Assembly: GCA_033763315.1 (NCBI GenBank)
Contig: JANRKS010000031.1
Location: forward strand, 64,001-128,000
Direction of reading: 5' to 3'
Length of the DNA: 64,000 bases
Source of the DNA: Deltaproteobacteria bacterium
GTDB lineage: Bacteria; Myxococcota_A; Polyangia; Fen-1088
Both the position numbers and the translations under genes were made by a program. The notes below the pieces were generated by a model. That model worked only from the letters and a program-made list of their open reading frames with translations, was not told the origin of the DNA and searched no databases. Within the stretch, counting starts at the first letter, position 1. Every line of letters begins with the position of its first letter. Shown here piece after piece: positions 58,801 to 64,000 of this stretch.

Positions 58801-60365
58801 GGGTAGGGGGGAATATCTTTGGACTTGTCGGCTCTGTTGTCCTTGCCAATAACAACGGCGATGACTTAAACGTCGCGAATGCCGGTGTGTTTGAATTTGC
58901 CCAAAAACTTCCTTTTGGAACCCCTTATGCTGTCAGCGTCAAGACTCAGCCAGCGGGGCAGCATTGCAACGTCATGTTCGAATCAGGCGTTGCAACTACG
59001 AACGTCGCCAATATCCAGGTCGAGTGTTTCGATAATCGCGTCGTTGGTGGCTCCGTTGCGGGACTGAACGGAAGTTTGGTGCTGCGCAACAACAATGCAG
59101 CTAGCGTCACGGTTTCGAGCGACGGCGCCTTCATGTTCTTGGAGCGGTTGATGCATGGTTCTCCCTATGCTGTGACCGTGGCAATGCAACCGTCGGGGCA
59201 GACCTGCAGCGTGAGCAACGGCACCGGAACAGCGAATGCAGACGTGTTTGATGTTTCGGTTACCTGTGTGTCGAATCCGCGCACCATAGGCGGCACGATT
59301 AGCGGCCTGACGGGATCGCTTGTGCTCCGCAACAATGGAGGCGATGACCTAACCGTCTCTCAAACCGGCAGCTTTGTCTTCGCCACGTCCATTGCCCATG
59401 GCCTTGGCTACGCCGTGACAATTCGAACGCAGCCGGTAGGACAAGTCTGCGTCGTCACGAATGGAACCGGCTCGGCTACAAACAACGTCGTGGACGTAGC
59501 TGTCAGTTGTTCAAGCCTGACTTACACCCTGGGCGGCACCGTCAGCGGACTGGTGGGCTCAGTTACCTTGCAGAACAACGCCGCAAACCCGTTGGTCCTT
59601 TCTGCTAACGGTTCGTTTGCTTTCGCAGGCACGATCACGCACGGAAGCACCTACAACGTGACCGTGAGGACGCAGCCGGCCACGGTTCGCTGTACAGTCG
59701 CCAACGGTACTGGTGAGTTGTTGGCCAACACGGCGAACATCGTTGTGACGTGCGCCCCCCCCACGTCGGTTCCCTTGGATTGCGCAGCCGCCCTTGCGGA
59801 GAATCCCTCTGCGACGAACGGAATCTACAGAATCGATTCCGATGGACCAACGGGGAATCCTCCATACGACACCTATTGCGACATGACCGGTGGCGGATGG
59901 ACACTCGTTGCCGATCAAGATGCCACGATGGATTCACTCGGTAGAACGAATGACGGATGGACGTTCGTGGAAGACACGGCACCCAACGGGGGCCAATGGA
60001 GCCGCCTTTATTATCTCTACGACTTCGCAACCGCGAACGGTTATCGCTTCAGTTTGCGATGGGGTGCCGCGCAAGATCGATTCATCAACTGGGATCAAAC
60101 GACCAACCCAACCGAGGGACCCAACCGAGGGGTCATCAGCAATGTGACTATGGTGCCAAGTGGCCAGGTCGGCTACGGAGGTGCGTTCCAAGGATTGGCC
60201 CTTGATTTCGCTCAACAAGCAACGTTCCTTGATGGCGAGCCCTCCGTTTCGGCAGGCGCATGGGCAGTCGGGGCTATCGGCGGCAGCATTCGCGCCTACA
60301 AGGACTCGAGCGAAGGAGCGCTGACCACCACCCGTGTTCGCCTGTACGTTAAGCGGTTGCCTTAG
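55782..60365 (+). CDS. Large surface lipoprotein: beta-rich N-domain, six E[ST]DxDCG Cys-rich repeats, five ~80-aa beta repeats, fibrinogen-like C-terminus
   Basis: Lipobox PLAAC after ATG 55782; repeat motif GGTVSGL..TQP.GQ.C.V.NG.G; YCDMTGGGWTLV. Confidence 0.85.
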   Translation: MTLSALHPRNRLLSLILTTLPLAACSDSGEEATPQPPKPPEEELKEVAWDPQFAPDLNTLKPRPGVVPATAQEQAMAVVKADSLEFPMGATSVMDWQPGKIVAAAAGGPTNPLGFARKVVKVEIADGKVVVQTAPVQFWDVVEGELRVRGDTQGDEVDVSQLDPAWVMDNLYPEADLHLPPIPQLRDNPTLLGPTPALPGSGLCCGLDSGGAAAKSLDSQLNAFETGMEMAKEADAGTSMMEMPSGFRAEVERLGEFGLRGRVAFNSEVTLLDFERTLFKDWTFKKKISKRVPLEVFLKGTASIRGRLKINPGFQVSLGAALDKVNLATGTANVTAYLKAAVDTRVTAMAGIKAKLEAGIAGADLGSGFEVGKQLEKSLERGTEAAQNALNDLREDLFENKDSKPEGMVKKTLWRSRPKVIHAQAGPVPVEITATLQLDLYCSFQAKASIDADVELNSSVRIRQALLLVPFAPEGKKLVLESEEPETSFTKKVEILGSGEISVGCGLAPRINILVYDGIGVYAGARGGLEATAAFESKCHETRTQPKGEASVTLKAKAGAFVGGRIQVPGSSFAGKLGLKLGYDTPELEPWNDEWELWKKTWDVDKGIGYCTPLCSNKALDDVEKKKGKETDIDCGGGACSACVSGKKCVEDSDCVRGANCTNGVCGVSTCANGRKDGRETDVDCGGSCQACATGKSCVFGVDCASYFCSQKAKLCVASSCEDGIQSALESDADCGGPLCGKCEANNFCREDSDCKQVCDGLRCVENACEDRRQNQNESDVDCGGTSTCFRCGTFRKCKQPSDCQSGLVCSSLSSGSGEMVCIEPPPASCFDGEMNGIESDVDCGGSCAAKCRVSNRCKVNEDCETLSCFQNRCAVPNCFDGIKNGFESDVDCGPSCPQRCPADAKCTTGSDCASSLCMDGTCRGRYKLSLDVSGLKGEVVLSVNGGTRVVQTPGVVFVQELYRGNPFDVKVITPANGQTCMVTDGIGIVDKADVVVRVTCSDVLYRVGGNIFGLVGSVVLANNNGDDLNVANAGVFEFAQKLPFGTPYAVSVKTQPAGQHCNVMFESGVATTNVANIQVECFDNRVVGGSVAGLNGSLVLRNNNAASVTVSSDGAFMFLERLMHGSPYAVTVAMQPSGQTCSVSNGTGTANADVFDVSVTCVSNPRTIGGTISGLTGSLVLRNNGGDDLTVSQTGSFVFATSIAHGLGYAVTIRTQPVGQVCVVTNGTGSATNNVVDVAVSCSSLTYTLGGTVSGLVGSVTLQNNAANPLVLSANGSFAFAGTITHGSTYNVTVRTQPATVRCTVANGTGELLANTANIVVTCAPPTSVPLDCAAALAENPSATNGIYRIDSDGPTGNPPYDTYCDMTGGGWTLVADQDATMDSLGRTNDGWTFVEDTAPNGGQWSRLYYLYDFATANGYRFSLRWGAAQDRFINWDQTTNPTEGPNRGVISNVTMVPSGQVGYGGAFQGLALDFAQQATFLDGEPSVSAGAWAVGAIGGSIRAYKDSSEGALTTTRVRLYVKRLP

Positions 60366-60729
60366 CCTTGATGTCGGTCTGGCAAACCTGCAAAGAAGCT
60401 GAGCTTCGGGTCGAACCCCGCCCGTCTCACTAAAGAGGCCCGCAGAATCAACGATCGCTCTTGAACTGAGGTGTTCCTGTAGAACGGACAATTGCATCAA
60501 AACGAGCGCCGATGCGTAGTCCGTCTTCGAACGAGCCATCGAAAGCGCCCATGGCGACAAGAGTTGTCTGGACTGCAACTCTACCCATTGTGCCGCGCGG
60601 CGCAGCGACGGTGGGAATCCTGACGAAGAGCGCTTGAACCTTAGGCATTAAGGCCGCCGCATTCTCGGCCAGCGCCGAGCGGACGCCGCATTCATTGTGG
60701 TCGACCTTCCAGAGCCATTGGCAGAGTAG

Positions 60730-60801
60730 TAGGCGGGACAGGGATTGAACCTGCGACCCGGTGCTTGTAAGGCACCCGCTCTGCCGCTGAGCTACCCGCC
60801 T
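60730..60801 (-). tRNA. tRNA-Val (TAC), CCA not encoded
   Basis: AGGCGGGTAGCTCAGCGGCAGAGC GGGTGC-CTTACAA-GCACC GGGTCGCAGGTTCAATCCCTGTCCCGCCTA folds as a cloverleaf. Confidence 0.96.
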
Positions 60802-60813
60802 GAGTACGGGCCT

Positions 60814-60841
60814 AATTTACTCATTTTGGGCGCGGGGTAAA
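60814..60841 (-). promoter_or_regulatory. Putative sigma70 promoter for tRNA-Val
   Basis: Minus strand TTTACC-16nt-TAAATT. Confidence 0.4.
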
Positions 60842-60977
60842 GGGCCGGGTGAAAGTTTTGTGGACGCTGGGGCAAAAGCCTGCAGAAACGGGGCGACGAG
60901 GGTTGTTCATGCTGCTCAGTGGCAGTGATGCCTTTAGATGTGGCCCCCGGCCTGCAAGCTACAGTAAGGAGTTAGCG

Positions 60978-61667
60978 ATGAAAGTTGTACTGGCTCTGCT
61001 CACCTTGGGTTTTGTTGCGTTGGCATCAACTGATGACGTGCGCGCGCAAGACGCGTCCCACAGACCTTTGCCGTATCCGTCAAGTGCCCCCTACAACGTG
61101 GCGCCGCCGCCCGGATACCACCAGCACGATGGCTTTTACCTTCACATAGAGTTGGGGTTTGCGGGTGGCAGCTCCAAAACGACCTTGGCCGGCACCGAGC
61201 TGTCGCTGTCGGGCGGTGGCGTTGACTTTGCGCTGGCGCTCGGCGGCGCGGTGGCGCCTCACTGGGTTGTTTTTGGAGAGGTGCAAGTTCTGGGCTTTGA
61301 TGAGCCAACGTCGAAAATAGACGGACAGGAGGTGAATGTGCTTGAGCGCCAGCAGTCGTTCGACTTTGGTGGCGTCGGCCCGGGCGTGGCTTACTACTTC
61401 GACCCGTCCAACATTTTTCTCAGCGCCAGTGTGTTGATCTCATCGCTCAGCGTCACCGACGTGAACGGCAAGGAGCGCTCCACGGATGGGGGCGCGGGCA
61501 TCAACCTGAAGGTGGGCAAAGAGTGGTGGGTTTCGCAAGACTGGGCGTTGGGGGTGTTGTTTGGCGTTCACGCGTCGTCAGCCAAAGAAAAAGACGAAGG
61601 CTTTGTCGAGCCGCCCAGGTGGCACAACCGCGGCGCTTTCCTTAGCTTCAGCGCCACATACAACTAG
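60978..61667 (+). CDS. Putative outer-membrane beta-barrel protein, myxobacterial type
   Basis: SD AAGGAG; signal peptide; HDGFYLH; GPGVAYYF; VGKEWWVS; ends SATYN. Confidence 0.75.
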   Translation: MKVVLALLTLGFVALASTDDVRAQDASHRPLPYPSSAPYNVAPPPGYHQHDGFYLHIELGFAGGSSKTTLAGTELSLSGGGVDFALALGGAVAPHWVVFGEVQVLGFDEPTSKIDGQEVNVLERQQSFDFGGVGPGVAYYFDPSNIFLSASVLISSLSVTDVNGKERSTDGGAGINLKVGKEWWVSQDWALGVLFGVHASSAKEKDEGFVEPPRWHNRGAFLSFSATYN

Positions 61668-61669
61668 CG

Positions 61670-62518
61670 CTAGAAGCGGAAGTTCAACGCAGCGCCGTTG
61701 GGCAGCAGCGAGACGCTTACGGGTGGCGGCGACGCACGCAGCAGCTCTTCTTCAGAGCGCACCTTGTTGCGGCTGATGAGGCCATCGATCACGCCATAAG
61801 CGTAAAGCGCGATAAATGCGGCTCCGGCGGTGATGTTGACGCTCCGAAGGGTGTTTGCCGTATCGGTGCGTTCGGGGCAAACACCTTCACACACTGTTTT
61901 GTTAGGCCGTTGCCAAGTCTTCACCACAGCATAGGTGGTGGCCGCCGTGGCAAGCGTGACCGCTTCACCCACCAGCAGTATCCATCCCTTCACGCGATCG
62001 CCATTATTGAATTGCCCCATGGGCGGCACAAAGTTCCACAGCACGTTGGGGCGGTTGGCCTGATCCGCGGCGCGCAGCTCACGGATGCGACGGCGGCGCA
62101 GATCAAAGAAGAACGTGACGATCTCAGGGCGCGTGGTGGCCGGATCAAGATAGGTGTTGGGGCGCAGCTGCAGCAGCTTCTCGAAGGCGGTGCGTGCGCC
62201 TTCCACACGGCCTGTGACATAAAGGCCGATCCCCAAAAAGCGCAAAGCGGCGGCCTGTTCATCGGTGGTGGCTTCCAATGTGCCGTCGGTGACGAAACGC
62301 GCAGACTCGACAAGCAACGGCATGTCTCCGTACTCATAAGCAGACTCCGCTTGCTTTAGCGCCGCATCGGCCGTGGCTGGCTGCGTTTTGCTTTCGTCGC
62401 GAGGAACGCTGGTGGGCGCATCGGCTGGCGCCGCGAGCCCGTCGTCGGCGTGCACGCTTGAGCAAAACAGCACCAACGCAGAAACGGCGAGAAGATACCT
62501 CATAGTCACTTTGAACAT
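61670..62518 (-). CDS. Secreted TPR-like protein with C-terminal hydrophobic segments
   Basis: Signal peptide; AESAYEYG..ALRFLG..ARTAFEKLL..LDP; ends LNFRF. Confidence 0.65.
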   Translation of the reverse strand: MFKVTMRYLLAVSALVLFCSSVHADDGLAAPADAPTSVPRDESKTQPATADAALKQAESAYEYGDMPLLVESARFVTDGTLEATTDEQAAALRFLGIGLYVTGRVEGARTAFEKLLQLRPNTYLDPATTRPEIVTFFFDLRRRRIRELRAADQANRPNVLWNFVPPMGQFNNGDRVKGWILLVGEAVTLATAATTYAVVKTWQRPNKTVCEGVCPERTDTANTLRSVNITAGAAFIALYAYGVIDGLISRNKVRSEEELLRASPPPVSVSLLPNGAALNFRF

Positions 62519-62520
62519 GT

Positions 62521-64000
62521 TTAGATTGAGCCTGGATCGGGAAGCACCAAAACGAAGGTACCACTGCTGTCGGTCACAGCTTCGGAAAGCGGCAACGCGA
62601 CGCCTACGTTGGTGCGGGAATTGTCGATGCAATCGTCCGATAGGTCTGAACAATACGCCTGCACAATCGTTCCGGGCACGCTCTGGCCGGTGCTGTTGCT
62701 GACTTTGCCTGTCAGGCGCACGGTTTTTGGCAAATTGAATACGGGCAGCACCTTATCGGTGTTCTCGGTGGAAATAGATCCAAATACGACCCGAGGGTAA
62801 AGCGTTCCCAGCGGTGGATCCACGCGCAGTCGGTAAGACGCCTGTGGCGACACGTTCAGCACGAAGGCGCCTTGTGTTGTCACGGCCCCCGTGGCTTCCG
62901 GCGCGCCCGTTTTATCCTCAAGGTTCACCGCCACAACACGTAGACCGGCCGGGATGCCGCCCACAACGTTGATCGTTCCTGACACCATCAACGCGGGCGA
63001 AAGCTTGACGGTATCGGCACCGTTGCCGCCGCGCAGATCCACATTGATGGTTGTTTGATGAGCCGAAGGCCATGTGGCCGCTGAAGGGCGTCGCAGCTTT
63101 ACCGTATAAACGCTGCGAGCGAGATCGCGCACAACCACTTGGCCCGCAGCGTCTGCCACGGCGGTCACGGTTACGAACCCAGGCACGCTCACGGGGGCGC
63201 TTGCGCCCACGGTCATTGTCGCCGCATTCGCCTGTGGTGCTGAAAGCAGATCAACCAAAGTAAAAGCCGCGGGCCCGCTGCCGTCAGGCTTGTTGATCGT
63301 TAAAGTTAACGTGGCGGTGGGGCTGTCGGCGTAGTCAATGTTCACAGTCACGTCCGCACCTTCAGTGGGCAGTGATAAACCGGCAGACGCTGGAAGTTCC
63401 AAGGTGGGCCACGACGCGTTCGCGGGCGGCACCAGGCGCACGCTGTGCATGCCCGGTCGTGCGCGAAGAACATACGCGCCAGCTGGGTCCGATTCGCCGA
63501 TCGTTGATGGTTGCTGATCTTTGCGCAACAGCAGGCGTGCACCAACGATGGCAGTGCCACCTCGCGTGATTTTACCGGCCACGCGAACGCCAGGCGACAG
63601 CGGCACTTCCAGGTTCCTCAGCGTGGACGGCGCCTGGCGCGCAATCAACAGCGGCGGTAAGCCGCTTTCTTCGGGAACGATCAGAAGATCAAATGCGTCG
63701 AAGCCGCCAAGGTTCAATACGGGTTTGAACGGCGAGCTGGCCGTGGCGGCTCCTTCTTGCAGGAATGACGAGGTCGAGCTTGAGATGCGAATCACCGAGG
63801 GCGCGAGCACTTTCTGACCGCCCAAAAGCCGCGTCGGCGTGATCTGAGCAACCGCTCCCTCAGTCAAGACAAGGTTAGCGGTGGCATTCGTACCCGCGCG
63901 GATCCTAACGGCGTCGTCCTTCGCCGGGGCATTGCTGGTCGCAGGTGGAATGACACGAAGGAACACCGACTTGGTCAGTGTGTCTGTCGCTTCGGCGGTA
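62521..64000 (-). CDS. Carboxypeptidase-regulatory-like (beta-sandwich repeat) protein, 5' end outside the window
   Basis: Frame is open to the window edge; repeats such as VAGKI..GARL, SDPAGAYVL, TDSSGTFVLVL. Confidence 0.7.
   Translation of the reverse strand, partial: TAEATDTLTKSVFLRVIPPATSNAPAKDDAVRIRAGTNATANLVLTEGAVAQITPTRLLGGQKVLAPSVIRISSSTSSFLQEGAATASSPFKPVLNLGGFDAFDLLIVPEESGLPPLLIARQAPSTLRNLEVPLSPGVRVAGKITRGGTAIVGARLLLRKDQQPSTIGESDPAGAYVLRARPGMHSVRLVPPANASWPTLELPASAGLSLPTEGADVTVNIDYADSPTATLTLTINKPDGSGPAAFTLVDLLSAPQANAATMTVGASAPVSVPGFVTVTAVADAAGQVVVRDLARSVYTVKLRRPSAATWPSAHQTTINVDLRGGNGADTVKLSPALMVSGTINVVGGIPAGLRVVAVNLEDKTGAPEATGAVTTQGAFVLNVSPQASYRLRVDPPLGTLYPRVVFGSISTENTDKVLPVFNLPKTVRLTGKVSNSTGQSVPGTIVQAYCSDLSDDCIDNSRTNVGVALPLSEAVTDSSGTFVLVLPDPGSI

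Noticed and set aside
60366-60729. Short ORFs (60448-60648, 59934-60578) as integrase remnants beside the tRNA
   Set aside because: No recombinase motifs are visible, and the longer ORF is mostly antisense to a real gene.
1-64000. CRISPR array, cas genes, integrase, transposase or phage genes
   Set aside because: I saw no regularly spaced direct repeats or diagnostic motifs; the repeats present are protein-level (LRR, Cys-rich, Gly-rich).

Overview
This is a GC-rich, gene-dense bacterial window. It looks myxobacterial (Myxococcota-like): four Hanks Ser/Thr kinases, an FHA-sigma54 activator, a MYXO-CTERM protein, a Myxococcales-type sigma factor and many Cys-rich lipoproteins. Gene origins appear mixed. 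Recognisable housekeeping and metabolic parts are glyA behind a ZMP/ZTP riboswitch, sthA, an FdhF/YdeP molybdoenzyme, a urtABCDE-fmdA-fmdB amide uptake and formamidase operon, an ABC exporter, an L,D-transpeptidase, a multicopper oxidase and tRNA-Val(TAC). The most striking unexplained system is three intact DUF1592-type heme-c protein + DUF1552 (Tat, His-rich) pairs plus a fourth decayed DUF1552. Two pairs carry different secreted binding partners (two LRR proteins, or DUF2341-LamG). Two pairs are transcribed divergently from mirror-image sigma54-like promoters around central palindromes. Also notable are a surface lipoprotein gene split at a G10 tract (possible phase variation), a structured intergenic element next to the riboswitch, and a possible decayed island beside tRNA-Val. 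All calls come from motif reading only and no database searches were run. Start codons were adjusted by eye where the ORF track over-extends.
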